The notes under the pieces are model-generated. The model was given only the letters and a program-made list of their open reading frames with translations, was not told where the DNA came from and made no database searches. This document shows, one piece after another, positions 9,992 to 19,955 of a DNA stretch of 64,000 nt. Every line of letters starts with the position of its first letter. The first letter of the stretch is position 1. The translations under genes were made by a program, and so were the position numbers. Origin of the DNA: a bacterium (GTDB lineage: Bacteria; UBP13; UBA5359); assembly GCA_028685295.1 (NCBI GenBank), contig JAQUEL010000001.1, forward strand, positions 31,865 to 95,864, in the 5' to 3' direction.

Positions 9992-11095
9992 ATGGTTGAT
10001 GATGGCATCAGCAGAGAGTTTGAACAGAAGAGAACTCGCATAAGAGGGTATATGCAAAGGCAGGGACTGGATGTTCTTTTGCTGGGGAGGCAGGCTAACG
10101 TTACATGGTATCTGTGTGGTGGTGAGGCGCACGTCTCTATTGCCTCTGAAAAAGCGGCGGCAACTTTGTTGCTGACGCAGGAAAAGGATTATCTCATTAC
10201 CAATAATATAGAAGCGCCCAGATTAAGAGAAGAAGAATTAAGCGGCGTGGAAATAAGTTTGATTGAAGAACCCTGGTATGCTGTGCCGTCAGCTGTACAG
10301 GAGCGCGTATCGGATAAATCGGCAGGATCGGATATTCCCTTTGCCGGTGCCGCGGATGTGTCAGCCGACATAGCAACTCTGCGATACTCACTATTGCCGG
10401 AGGAAATCGACAGATATACGCAAGTAGGAGCGGATACGGCCGCTGCTATGGATGAAGTGGCATTATCCATCAAACCCGGTATGACAGAGTGCGCCATTGC
10501 CGGTATTCTGGCAGAGGCTCTTATGGAGCGGCATGTTATTCCGGTAACATTATTGATAGCTGCGGATGAACGTATCGAGCGTTATCGCCATCCTTTGCCG
10601 ACTGATAAGGTTTTCAATCGTGTTGCCATGCTGGCGGTCTGCGGTCGTCACGGCGGATTGATAACCTCCATGACCAGAATGGTGCATATCGGTCAGATAC
10701 CCTCAGAATTGCGACGTAAGCATGACGCAGTAACCAGGGTGGATGCCGCTTATATCGAGGCTACCACGCCGGGAGTTGCAATAGCCAAGGTTTTCGATTG
10801 TGGCCGTCGTGTTTATGAAGAGAGCGGATATGCCGATGAATGGCGCTGGCATCACCAGGGTGGCGCTACCGGCTATACAGGTAGAGATTACAAGGGGATG
10901 CTCTCTTCAACAGAGATAGTGCAGCCCTACCAGGCCTTTGCTTGGAATCCGTCTATAAGCGGTACAAAATCAGAGGATACTATATTGGCTATGCCTGACG
11001 GATCTTGCATTATTTCCAAGACAAGTGCCTGGCCATTATTATCGCATGAGATAAACGGTAAAATCTATCATCGCCCGGATATATTGGTGCTTTGA
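9992..11095 (+). CDS. M24-family (creatinase/prolidase pita-bread fold) protein, possibly non-canonical metal site
   Basis: Creatinase/prolidase-like N- and C-terminal organisation. The H-G-x-G-H region is degenerate (WRWHHQGGATGYTG). Start uncertain (ORF opens at 9890; ATG 9992 chosen after GGGAGG). Confidence 0.5.
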   Translation: MVDDGISREFEQKRTRIRGYMQRQGLDVLLLGRQANVTWYLCGGEAHVSIASEKAAATLLLTQEKDYLITNNIEAPRLREEELSGVEISLIEEPWYAVPSAVQERVSDKSAGSDIPFAGAADVSADIATLRYSLLPEEIDRYTQVGADTAAAMDEVALSIKPGMTECAIAGILAEALMERHVIPVTLLIAADERIERYRHPLPTDKVFNRVAMLAVCGRHGGLITSMTRMVHIGQIPSELRRKHDAVTRVDAAYIEATTPGVAIAKVFDCGRRVYEESGYADEWRWHHQGGATGYTGRDYKGMLSSTEIVQPYQAFAWNPSISGTKSEDTILAMPDGSCIISKTSAWPLLSHEINGKIYHRPDILVL

Positions 11096-11200
11096 TATGA
11101 TGCCGAAGCAAAAGAGGTTATCTGCAAGAAACGACGGCCGAAGGTACTGTAGAAGGATATCTTCCCTTCTTAGAGAATAAGTATGTATACCGTTTAAGAG

Positions 11201-11986
11201 GTGAGGTACTTGTCGAATCTAAAAAAAGCATTGCCCGGAATTATGGTTTTGATACTCGGTTACTTAGCAATGAGTATCATCAGCAGTATAACTGGGAGCC
11301 AGGCAGGAATAAGCGGTGCATTACCTTATTTTATCGGCATAATTACGCTTTGCCTGTCGACATATTTTCTTTCAAGGATGGATTTCTCCAGTGGCTTGAT
11401 CGCCGGCTTGGTAATAAGCGGTCTACTCTTTCTTATTGCCTCCAGCTATCTGCTACATGAAGCCATGATTAACCTTTGGATAATGGCTTCTGCCATATGG
11501 ATGGCTTATATCGTAAGCCTGCTGATTCGGGAGGTGAATATACTTTTCCCTATAGCTTTGGTAGCTGCGTTGGCTGATATTTGGAGTGTTTACTACGGTC
11601 CCACTGCCAAGATGCTGCAGAATGAAGCCCTTGTTGATAAGATGATCGTTACTTATCCGGGACCCGCTGGTGGCCCGCATTTGCCGCTCTTCGGTTTGGG
11701 AGATGTGCTCTTCTTTTTCTTATTCGTTCTGGTAATGAGAAAGCTTAAGCTGTTTAATCCTTTCAGATATATTCTACTCTCCTTGTCCTTAGTCGTAGCC
11801 GGTATAATAGCTTTTGCTTACCGGCAAAGTGTTCCAGGCATTCCTTTCATGTCAGCAGCGTTGCTGTCAACTTTAAGTGGAGAGTTGAAGCTCAGCCATG
11901 ATGAGCGTCGCTATCTAGCTTATCTGTTTGGCCTGATCTGTTTCTTGATTGCGATTGGTATATCTTTCACTTTTTTGGGTAGGTGA
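11201..11986 (+). CDS. polytopic membrane protein with GxGD-type intramembrane aspartyl protease-like motifs (presenilin/SPP A22-like)
   Basis: About 9 predicted TM helices. Motifs AALADIWSVYYGP (compare presenilin YD-LVAVL-PKGPL) and LFGLGDVLFFFLFVLV (compare GLGDFIFYSVLV); PAL-like PGIPFMSAAL. The CDS itself is solid; the family assignment is by motif only. Confidence 0.45.
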   Translation: MRYLSNLKKALPGIMVLILGYLAMSIISSITGSQAGISGALPYFIGIITLCLSTYFLSRMDFSSGLIAGLVISGLLFLIASSYLLHEAMINLWIMASAIWMAYIVSLLIREVNILFPIALVAALADIWSVYYGPTAKMLQNEALVDKMIVTYPGPAGGPHLPLFGLGDVLFFFLFVLVMRKLKLFNPFRYILLSLSLVVAGIIAFAYRQSVPGIPFMSAALLSTLSGELKLSHDERRYLAYLFGLICFLIAIGISFTFLGR

Positions 11987-11992
11987 GGATTA

Positions 11993-13237
11993 TTGTCGGA
12001 ACCGGCTGCACTGTTGCCTCTGATCCTCATAAGCACTGTTGTTGTGGCCGCATATTTGTTTTATAGATTACGTCGGCGCTTGCTGCAACAGCAGAAAAAC
12101 TTAGAAGATCTTCTGCTGCAAAAGCAGAGAACGGAAAACATGCTTAGCCGGCGCCTTTCCGAGATGTCTGTTATTCACGAAGTAAGCCGTGCATTAGGTT
12201 CGAGCCTGGATCTTGAAAAAACGCTGGATATGATCGTTGATGTTGCTCTCAGGGTGATGGAGGCCGAATACGGTTCCCTTTATATGATTGATAATACGCG
12301 TAAAGTCCTTATCCCCAGGCGTGTGGAGCCTGTATGCTGCCCGGATGATACGGTAGAGCTGCCGCTGGGCGACAGCATAACCGGTTGGGTAGCTATGACT
12401 GGAGAAGCCCAGAACGTAGCGGATATCCATAAGGATTGGCGTTTCAGAGATCCTCTGGGACGCGGCAACCTGTTGCGAACGCAGTTGAGCGTGCCCCTAT
12501 GGTCAAAAGGATCGGTTATTGGTGTCCTCAATGTTTTTAATAAAAAAAGCGGGTCGGTCTTCGACACCGATGATATGCAATTTATGAATTTGCTGGCAGC
12601 CTCGGCAGCACGGGCAATAGAGAATGCTCGCCTTTATACCGAATTGAAGAATCAGGCGATAATTGATCATCTTACCGGGTTATATAATTTCAGCTATTTT
12701 CAGAAGCGTTTTGAAGAAGAGGTTAGAAGAGCCTTTCGTTACTCCAGAGCGCTGGCTTTAATCATGTTCGATCTGGATGATTTCAAGGCTTACAACGATC
12801 GTTTTGGGCATCTTCTAGGCAATGATGCTCTCTTTATTGTTGGACGAATTATCAAGGACAGCATACGGGATGTGGACATGGCCGCCAGGTTTGGTGGCGA
12901 AGAATTTGTGTTGCTTATGCCGGAAACAGGAGTTGAAGCTGTCCTTTCCGCCAACCGTATCAGGGAGAGGGTTAGCAAGGCGCATGAGCAGGCAACGAAT
13001 AAAATATGGTTGGCAGAAAGATTGACAATTAGTGGCGGAGTTGCTATCTTTCCTCAAGGCGGTTCAACATCGGCTGAATTGTTGGGTAATGCGGATAAGG
13101 CACTTTATTGCGCCAAGAGTACTGGTAAAAACAAGATAATAAATTTTGACGGGGGTATGTCAAAAACAGATGCTGGATATGAAACTTATAAGGCAGAATC
13201 CGGAAATAGTAGCGGAAGCACTGAGAAGACGCCATAG
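11993..13237 (+). CDS. diguanylate cyclase with N-terminal TM helix, coiled-coil, GAF domain and GGDEF domain
   Basis: TTG start 6 nt after the stop of the upstream gene, with SD AGGTGAGG overlapping that stop. GGDEF motif [32 protein letters not shown]. Confidence 0.85.
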   Translation: MSEPAALLPLILISTVVVAAYLFYRLRRRLLQQQKNLEDLLLQKQRTENMLSRRLSEMSVIHEVSRALGSSLDLEKTLDMIVDVALRVMEAEYGSLYMIDNTRKVLIPRRVEPVCCPDDTVELPLGDSITGWVAMTGEAQNVADIHKDWRFRDPLGRGNLLRTQLSVPLWSKGSVIGVLNVFNKKSGSVFDTDDMQFMNLLAASAARAIENARLYTELKNQAIIDHLTGLYNFSYFQKRFEEEVRRAFRYSRALALIMFDLDDFKAYNDRFGHLLGNDALFIVGRIIKDSIRDVDMAARFGGEEFVLLMPETGVEAVLSANRIRERVSKAHEQATNKIWLAERLTISGGVAIFPQGGSTSAELLGNADKALYCAKSTGKNKIINFDGGMSKTDAGYETYKAESGNSSGSTEKTP

Positions 13238-14432
13238 CGATATTGATCTTACGAAATTTCAAGAGAACGATCGGCTTCGTCGAGAGTTGCTTATAGAAGT
13301 AGAAGCACTTAAGAATAAAAGAAACGAGTTCTCCAGAGTCATTGGCGAACGTAAGAGAAACAAGCAGAACGCCGATGAGTTGATTGCAGAAATGCAGGTG
13401 GTATCCTCTCGTATCAAGGAGCTTGATGAGCAACTGCAGGTCTGCGAAGCAACTTTGAACAGCTTGCTGCTGGAAATCCCTAATATACCGCTTCCCGATG
13501 TTCCTGAAGGTATCGGCGAGCAGGACAACGTTGAGTTAAGGCGATGGTCCGAGCCGCGCAGTTTTGCTTTTGAACCGCTGGCACATTGGGATCTGGGAGA
13601 GAAGCTGGATATTCTCGATTTCGAAAGAGGGGCTAGGCTGGCCGGTGCCAGGTTTACTGTTATGAAGGGTGCCGGAGCTCTTCTTGAAAGAGCATTAGTG
13701 AACTTCATGCTCGATCTTCATACCGGAAAGCACGGCTACAGGGAGATATTCCCACCTTTTCTAGTGAACGCCGATGCTATGACGGGTACGGGACAACTGC
13801 CTAAATTTGAAGAGGATCTCTTCAAAACCACTACAGGGTATTATCTTATACCTACGGCAGAGGTACCGGTAACCAATTTACATCGAGAAGAGATTCTGGA
13901 TGATAATGATCTGCCTGTATGTTATGCTGCCTATACAGCCTGTTTTCGTGCCGAAGCCGGCTCATATGGAAAGGATACCCGCGGGCTGATAAGGCAACAC
14001 CAATTTAATAAAGTGGAACTTGTCAAATTAACCCGCCCTGAAGATTCGGCTGCAGAACTGGAAAAACTTATTGCGGATGCCGAAGAGGTGTTGCAGCTGT
14101 TGGGGCTGCCATACCGGGTGATAATTCTGTGTACTGCCGATCTGGGCTTCTCCTCTGCAAAAACATATGATATTGAAGTTTGGTTCCCTCAGCAGGGGCT
14201 CTATCGGGAGATATCGTCCTGTAGCTCTTTTACCGATTTTCAAGCTCGTAGAGCGGGAATACGCTATCGTTCGGCATCAGGCCGTACAGAGTATGTTCAT
14301 ACTATCAACGGCTCCGGGCTGGCCGTCGGACGGTGTCTGGCGGCAATACTTGAGAACTATCAGACTGAAGGGGGTAATGTAATCATTCCAGAGGCTCTCA
14401 GACCATATATGGGGGGCAAGGGGATTATATAA
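13170..14432 (+). CDS. serS: seryl-tRNA synthetase
   Basis: Canonical N-terminus [12 protein letters not shown]; class II aaRS core. Start at ATG 13170 rather than the ORF-track TTG 13146. Overlaps the upstream GGDEF gene by 68 nt. Confidence 0.93.
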   Translation: MLDMKLIRQNPEIVAEALRRRHSDIDLTKFQENDRLRRELLIEVEALKNKRNEFSRVIGERKRNKQNADELIAEMQVVSSRIKELDEQLQVCEATLNSLLLEIPNIPLPDVPEGIGEQDNVELRRWSEPRSFAFEPLAHWDLGEKLDILDFERGARLAGARFTVMKGAGALLERALVNFMLDLHTGKHGYREIFPPFLVNADAMTGTGQLPKFEEDLFKTTTGYYLIPTAEVPVTNLHREEILDDNDLPVCYAAYTACFRAEAGSYGKDTRGLIRQHQFNKVELVKLTRPEDSAAELEKLIADAEEVLQLLGLPYRVIILCTADLGFSSAKTYDIEVWFPQQGLYREISSCSSFTDFQARRAGIRYRSASGRTEYVHTINGSGLAVGRCLAAILENYQTEGGNVIIPEALRPYMGGKGII

Positions 14433-14486
14433 ATAAACCTGCATAATTTTATCTTCGTCAGGGAATGGTAATAGAGGTGAGCGCTA

Positions 14487-15377
14487 TTGCGAAGCTTGAA
14501 GAGATTGCCCGGTTACAGATTAACAGAGCATAACTGGAAGAGAATTGCGATTGATTATGCCGGTATATTTATCGGCGTGACGATGGTCGCAATCGGTCTG
14601 GATGTTTTTTTGGTTCCCAATAAGATCGCCGGTGGCGGCGTATCCGGCCTGGCGATAATTCTGCATCATCTGTTACGCGTTCCTGTGGGAACGGCCATTC
14701 TCGTCATCAATATACCGCTTTTCTATGCCGGCATAAAGATTTTGGGAGCCGGCTTTGGCCTCAGGACATTGATTGCCACTATTATCCTCTCCGTCGAGGT
14801 GGATCTCTTTGCACCGTTTATCCCGGTTATAACCCACGATCTGCTTTTGGCAGCCATATATGGAGGTCTGCTTACCGGTATAGGCATGGGTATTGTTTTC
14901 CGCTTTCGGGGTACTACGGGCGGCACGGATATGATAGCTCGGTTGGTACACCGGTTTACCTCTCTTACCGTTGGGCAAGCATTGCTGATTGTAGATTCCA
15001 TAATTATTGCTATAGCCGGAGTGGTTTTTAATGCCGAGTTGGCTCTTTTTGCCTTAATCAATCTGTATATTAATACCCGTGTGATAGATCTGATACAAGA
15101 GGGTGTCAGCGTTAGCAAAATGGCGATAATTATCTCAGATTATTCTGAAGATATTGCAGCCGGCATATTGGGAGACCTTGGTAGAGGCGTAACAGGGTTG
15201 GACGGCGAAGGGCTGTATAGCGGGCAGAAGCGTCAGGTGCTGCTTTGTGTCATCAATAGAGTCGAAGCAGGAAAACTTAAAGATATTATTAATGGGATTG
15301 ATCCGGATGCCTTCGTAATTATGACCGATACCCATGAGGTTCTAGGAGAAGGTTTTAAACGGCATCAGGTATTTTGA
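14487..15377 (+). CDS. YitT-family membrane protein (DUF161 + DUF2179)
   Basis: TTG start with SD AGAGGTGAG 6 nt upstream. YitT-like motifs IAIDYAGIFIGV, GGGVSGLAII; C-terminal soluble DUF2179-like domain. Confidence 0.8.
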   Translation: MRSLKRLPGYRLTEHNWKRIAIDYAGIFIGVTMVAIGLDVFLVPNKIAGGGVSGLAIILHHLLRVPVGTAILVINIPLFYAGIKILGAGFGLRTLIATIILSVEVDLFAPFIPVITHDLLLAAIYGGLLTGIGMGIVFRFRGTTGGTDMIARLVHRFTSLTVGQALLIVDSIIIAIAGVVFNAELALFALINLYINTRVIDLIQEGVSVSKMAIIISDYSEDIAAGILGDLGRGVTGLDGEGLYSGQKRQVLLCVINRVEAGKLKDIINGIDPDAFVIMTDTHEVLGEGFKRHQVF

Positions 15378-15402
15378 TTTATCTTTTTGACGGTTAAGCT
15401 GA

Positions 15403-15432
15403 TTGACAATCCTTTCTTACGTGCTTTATAAT
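15403..15432 (+). promoter_or_regulatory. strong sigma70-like promoter (TTGACA-18nt-TATAAT) for the bcd-etfBA operon
   Basis: TTGACA 15403..15408 and TATAAT 15427..15432, in the 132-nt gap upstream of bcd. Confidence 0.5.
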
Positions 15433-15509
15433 GCCAAAGAGTATGACGCCTGCAGCCGTCACTATTCCGCAGGCTGATCGTTAATGCACTTATTGGGGGA
15501 GTGGTAAGA

Positions 15510-16646
15510 GTGAATTTCAATCTTTCAGAAGAGCAACAGATGATTATGGAAATGGTCAAGGAATATGCCGACGGCGTTCTCAAACCCAGGGCTCGCGAGG
15601 TGGATGAGAGTGGAGAGATGCCCTGGGATAATATACGGCAGATGGCTGAAATGGATCTTATGGGAATACCCATACCTGAGGAATACGGCGGAGCCGGACT
15701 TGATTTTACAACCTGGGCCATGGTCGGTGAGGAGATTTCGCGGGCCTGTACTACTACCGGAGCAGTGTTTGGTGCCGATATGCTCTGTATCTATCCTATC
15801 TATTTTTTTGGAACCGAAGAGCAGAAGAAGAAATATCTGGTGCCGCTGGCCAAAGGAGAGGTTGTGGGCGCTTTCGGTTTGACGGAACCCAACGCAGGTT
15901 CCGATGCCGGAAATGTCAGAACCAGGGCGGTAGATGCCGGTGATCACTATCTTCTCAACGGCAGTAAGGTTTTCATCACTAATGCCGGAGAGGCAGATAT
16001 TTATGTAATTATTGCTAATATGGATATTAATAAAGGTGCTCGTGGCCTTACAGCTTTCATAGTTGAAAAGGGCACGCCCGGATTTGAGATCGGTAAGAAC
16101 GAAAAGAAGATGGCCTACAGCTCTCTGCCTAACCGTGAATTGATCTTCACCGATTGCAAGGTCCCCAAGGAGAACCTGCTGGGCAAGGAGAAGAGAGGTT
16201 TTCGTGTAGCCCTGGAAACTCTGGGCGTGGGACGTATCGGTATGGGTATAGGAGCTGTCGGTTTGGCTCAGGCAGCCCTGGATGAAGCGCTGGAGTATTC
16301 AAAGGTAAGGGTCCAGTTTGGTAAGCCTATATCCAGTTTTGAACTGATTCAGGCAATGCTCGCCGATATGGCTACTGAGGTTGATGCCTCTCGGTTGCTG
16401 GTCCTTAGAGCCGCCTTCCTGAAAGACCAGGGTATGTCTTATGAAAAGGAAGCAGCTATGGCCAAGCTCTTTGCCTCAGAAACGGCCATGAGAACAACTA
16501 CAAAAGCGGTCCAGATACATGGCGGTTACGGTTATACCAAAGAATATACGGTTGAGCGTCTCATGCGTGAAGCCAAGCTCTTTGAAATAGTCGAAGGAAC
16601 CTCGGAGATACAGAGGCTGGTTATCGCCAATCATCTTCTGAGGTAA
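15510..16646 (+). CDS. bcd: short-chain acyl-CoA (butyryl-CoA) dehydrogenase
   Basis: GTG start giving MNFNLSEEQQ (classic Bcd N-terminus). ACAD motifs GAFGLTEPNAGSDAG, catalytic region YGG..EIQRLVIA. Confidence 0.9.
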   Translation: MNFNLSEEQQMIMEMVKEYADGVLKPRAREVDESGEMPWDNIRQMAEMDLMGIPIPEEYGGAGLDFTTWAMVGEEISRACTTTGAVFGADMLCIYPIYFFGTEEQKKKYLVPLAKGEVVGAFGLTEPNAGSDAGNVRTRAVDAGDHYLLNGSKVFITNAGEADIYVIIANMDINKGARGLTAFIVEKGTPGFEIGKNEKKMAYSSLPNRELIFTDCKVPKENLLGKEKRGFRVALETLGVGRIGMGIGAVGLAQAALDEALEYSKVRVQFGKPISSFELIQAMLADMATEVDASRLLVLRAAFLKDQGMSYEKEAAMAKLFASETAMRTTTKAVQIHGGYGYTKEYTVERLMREAKLFEIVEGTSEIQRLVIANHLLR

Positions 16647-16662
16647 TGGACGGGGGAAGGAT

Positions 16663-17442
16663 ATGAATATAATTGTCTGCATAAAACAGGTGCCGGATAC
16701 CACCGATGTTAAGATAAATCCGGAAACAAATACTCTTGTACGGGATGGTGTCAAGAGTATTGTCAATCCGTTTGATGCCAATGCGCTGGAGGCAGCGCTT
16801 CAACTCAAGGAAGCTATGGGTGGCAAGGTGACGGCTATTACCATGGGGCCTCCCCAAGCAATGGATATTCTGAGAGAGGCTATAGCTATGGGGGCAGACG
16901 ATGCTGTTTTGCTTAGCGATAGAGCCTTCGCCGGTGCTGATACGCTGGCTACGGCCTATACACTGGCCATGGGCATTAGAAAGATTGGGGATTACGATCT
17001 TATTATCGGTGGCAAGCAGGCCATAGATGGCGATACCGCTCAGGTGGGCCCTGGAATTGCTGAGCAGCTTGGGATACCCCAGGTGACCTATGCCAGACGT
17101 ATGGAGATGGATGGCGATATGCTCTTGGTGGAACGTATGCTTGAAGATGGATATGAGGTAATGAAAACAGCCCTTCCGGTACTGGTAACCGTTGTCAAGC
17201 AGATAAACGAGCCTCGGTACCCTTCATTGCGAGGCTTGCTGGCTGCCAAGAAGAAGGAGATTAACGTTTGGAACGCGGCGGATATAGGCGCTGATGAAAA
17301 GCGAACAGGCCTGACCGGATCGCCTACCAGGGTGGTACGTATATTTACGCCACAGCGGAACACCAAAGCCGTTATGCTGGAGGGTGAACCTGAGAAGACC
17401 GTGGAGACCCTGGCTGAGGTTATAACGAAGTTGAATGTTTGA
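16663..17442 (+). CDS. etfB: electron transfer flavoprotein beta subunit
   Basis: MNIIVCIKQVPDT N-terminus typical of EtfB; 259 aa. Confidence 0.9.
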   Translation: MNIIVCIKQVPDTTDVKINPETNTLVRDGVKSIVNPFDANALEAALQLKEAMGGKVTAITMGPPQAMDILREAIAMGADDAVLLSDRAFAGADTLATAYTLAMGIRKIGDYDLIIGGKQAIDGDTAQVGPGIAEQLGIPQVTYARRMEMDGDMLLVERMLEDGYEVMKTALPVLVTVVKQINEPRYPSLRGLLAAKKKEINVWNAADIGADEKRTGLTGSPTRVVRIFTPQRNTKAVMLEGEPEKTVETLAEVITKLNV

Positions 17443-17554
17443 CCCTGGACAGCAGGGAATTCAGGAGTCGGAATGAAAAAGCTGTTGTTTATTGAAAAAG
17501 CGTATTCTGATCATTTTGAATTACAGCTTTCGACTTCTGTTATGGAGGATAATA

Positions 17555-18742
17555 ATGAGTGTTTATATTCTTGGTGATAAATGTGTGGGATGTAGTGCCT
17601 GTCTGAAAAGCTGCCCGTTCGGCGCTATTGAGATAAAGGATAAAAAAGCCGGATTGTTGAATAACTGCAGCGGGTGCGGTGCTTGTGCCGATTCCTGTAA
17701 ATTCGGTGCCATCGTTGTTGAAGATAACAGGCAGGCAGAGATCGATCTCAGTCAGTATAAGGGTGTATGGGTTATTGCCGAACATAATGAAGGGCGGCTG
17801 AAGAGCGTAACGCTGGAGTTGCTGGGCGAGGGCCGAAAACTGGCGGATAAGCTCAATCAGGATTTGTGTGCTCTTCTTCTGGGTGAAGAAACAGGTGATA
17901 TGGCCAATGAATTGACATACCACGGAGCTAAGAAGGTATATATAGTTCAGGAACCACGCCTGGCACATTACCAGACCGGACCTTATACGGATATTATCTC
18001 CAACCTGATAACCACTTATAAACCCAATATCGTACTGATAGGTGCAACAAATCAAGGTCGCGACCTGGCCTCGAGAATTGCGGCGCGAATTCACACAGGG
18101 TTAACGGCAGATTGTACTGAATTGGATATAAATGAAGATGGGTTGTTGGCACAAACCCGGCCTGCTTTTGGCGGCAACATTATGGCGACCATACTCTGCC
18201 CGTATCACCGCCCGCAGATGGCTACTGTTCGCCCCAAGGTTTTCAAGCCGGCCTTACGTGATACTTCCTGCGCCGGCGAGATTGTTCCGGTAGATTCTTG
18301 CCTTAACGGGAAGTGTCTGTTATGTGATCTACTGGAAGTTATCAAAGAGACCGGGCAGGGTGTTAATCTTGAAGAAGCCGAGATCATAGTAGCGGGTGGC
18401 CGCGGTTTGGGCAAACCCGAAAACCTTAATTTGATAACAGAGCTGGCAGAGGCATTGGGTGGAGCTGTGGGCGCTTCCAGAGCCATCGTTGATGCTGGAT
18501 GGATCCCGGCGATTCATCAGGTAGGGCAGACCGGAAAAACCGTTCAGCCCAAAGTATATATTGCCTGCGGTATATCCGGTGCCGTACAGCATCTCGCCGG
18601 CATGCAATCTTCAGATACGATAATAGCCATTAACAAGGATTCCGATGCTCCTATATTCAAGGTGGCGCACTATGGTATTGTAGGCGATTTGTTGGAGATA
18701 CTGCCTGCTCTTACGCGTCGGCTAAAGCAAACAGCCGTTTAG
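17555..18742 (+). CDS. etfA: electron transfer flavoprotein alpha subunit with N-terminal 2x[4Fe-4S] ferredoxin domain
   Basis: ATG 17555 with SD GGAGG. N-terminal CxxCxxCxxxCP x2, then EtfA FAD-binding domain. Fd-fused EtfA is typical of bifurcating Bcd-Etf complexes. Confidence 0.9.
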   Translation: MSVYILGDKCVGCSACLKSCPFGAIEIKDKKAGLLNNCSGCGACADSCKFGAIVVEDNRQAEIDLSQYKGVWVIAEHNEGRLKSVTLELLGEGRKLADKLNQDLCALLLGEETGDMANELTYHGAKKVYIVQEPRLAHYQTGPYTDIISNLITTYKPNIVLIGATNQGRDLASRIAARIHTGLTADCTELDINEDGLLAQTRPAFGGNIMATILCPYHRPQMATVRPKVFKPALRDTSCAGEIVPVDSCLNGKCLLCDLLEVIKETGQGVNLEEAEIIVAGGRGLGKPENLNLITELAEALGGAVGASRAIVDAGWIPAIHQVGQTGKTVQPKVYIACGISGAVQHLAGMQSSDTIIAINKDSDAPIFKVAHYGIVGDLLEILPALTRRLKQTAV

Positions 18743-18764
18743 CGTTAATTAACCTAATTTATTG

Positions 18765-18792
18765 TCGGCCCGTCTTAGTTAAGGCGGGCCGA
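18765..18792 (+). terminator. hairpin after etfA (TCGGCCCG-12nt loop-CGGGCCGA), weak U-tract
   Basis: Perfect 8-bp stem seen directly; downstream tail not T-rich, so terminator function uncertain. Confidence 0.35.
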
Positions 18793-18819
18793 CGATTATA
18801 TCAGGAGACCGTAAACACT

Positions 18820-19935
18820 ATGAGTTGCGATCTTACTGTACAGTATGGGAATAATGGGGATGCCGATATGTTGCCGTATATGGTCGCTCTCGGCCAGCTC
18901 GATTTGAGCCCCAAGCGTAAAACGGAGCTGTTGAAATACTTCGGCGGCCCCGGTGCTCTCTGGAGAGCACCGGACACGGTCGTCAGGGGCTTCGACACAG
19001 ATCTGGCTGAACGCCTGTCTAAGTTGCGTGCATCCACTACTCCTGAAGCTGAAATGGAACGCCTGGCAGGAGCAGGCTGCCAGGCACTTTTACCAGGCGA
19101 TGATGGTTATCCTGTAAATCTAAAGGAAATATATGATCCTCCCATGCCTTTGTATGTGAAAGGCATCCTCAGTATGCGTGATCAAAAGTCTGTAGCCATT
19201 GTCGGCTCACGTAGGCCTACGCAGCAGGGGAAGGAGATTGCCGTCAGGCTGGCATACGGTTTGGCAGAGCAGGGTATAACTATTATCAGCGGCCTGGCCA
19301 GAGGTATAGATACGGCGGCGCACCGTGGCGCATTGAAGGCCGGCGGGCGGACCCTGGCGGTTCTGGGCAGCGGTCTGGATAACATTTATCCGCCGGAAAA
19401 TTGCCGTTTGGCTGATAAGATAGCCGAAAATGGGGCGTTACTATCGGAGTTTTGCCTGAGATCCATCCCTGCAGCCTGGCATTTCCCGCAGCGGAATCGT
19501 ATTATCAGCGGCCTGGCCCTGGCAGTGATCGTGGTAGAGGCAGGCGATAAGAGCGGAGCATTGATAACGGCTTATATGGCGCTGGAACAGGGGCGGGATG
19601 TGATGGCTGTTCCCGGTTCAATAGATAATCCCATGTCCCGTGGTCCTCATAAGCTTATCAGGCAGGGCGCTCTTCTAGTCGAAACAGTTGATGATATTAT
19701 TGAAGCGCTGGGTATGCAATTGTGTCTTTTCGATTCCTGTGAGAAAGAAACGCTTGAAACATTAACAGAGAGCCAGGCTGCATTGCTGAAATTTATAGAT
19801 TATAAACCTCGCTTTACAGAAGAGATAATAATGCTTGCCGACGGTTCCGCCGCTATGATAGGATCAGACTTGACATTATTGGAATTGAAAGGGTATATTA
19901 AACAACTATCCGGAGGCGCATATATCCGGGCATAA
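18820..19935 (+). CDS. dprA: DNA processing protein DprA (Smf)
   Basis: Motifs IVGSRRPT, GLARGIDTAAHRGAL, AVLGSGLDNIYPPEN. Classic dprA-topA arrangement. Confidence 0.9.
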   Translation: MSCDLTVQYGNNGDADMLPYMVALGQLDLSPKRKTELLKYFGGPGALWRAPDTVVRGFDTDLAERLSKLRASTTPEAEMERLAGAGCQALLPGDDGYPVNLKEIYDPPMPLYVKGILSMRDQKSVAIVGSRRPTQQGKEIAVRLAYGLAEQGITIISGLARGIDTAAHRGALKAGGRTLAVLGSGLDNIYPPENCRLADKIAENGALLSEFCLRSIPAAWHFPQRNRIISGLALAVIVVEAGDKSGALITAYMALEQGRDVMAVPGSIDNPMSRGPHKLIRQGALLVETVDDIIEALGMQLCLFDSCEKETLETLTESQAALLKFIDYKPRFTEEIIMLADGSAAMIGSDLTLLELKGYIKQLSGGAYIRA

Positions 19936-19955
19936 AGTGTAATAGGAGTGAAAAA

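Noticed and set aside
13146-13169. Extended TTG start for serS
   Set aside because: Canonical SerS N-terminus begins at ATG 13170; the extension only increases the overlap with the upstream gene.
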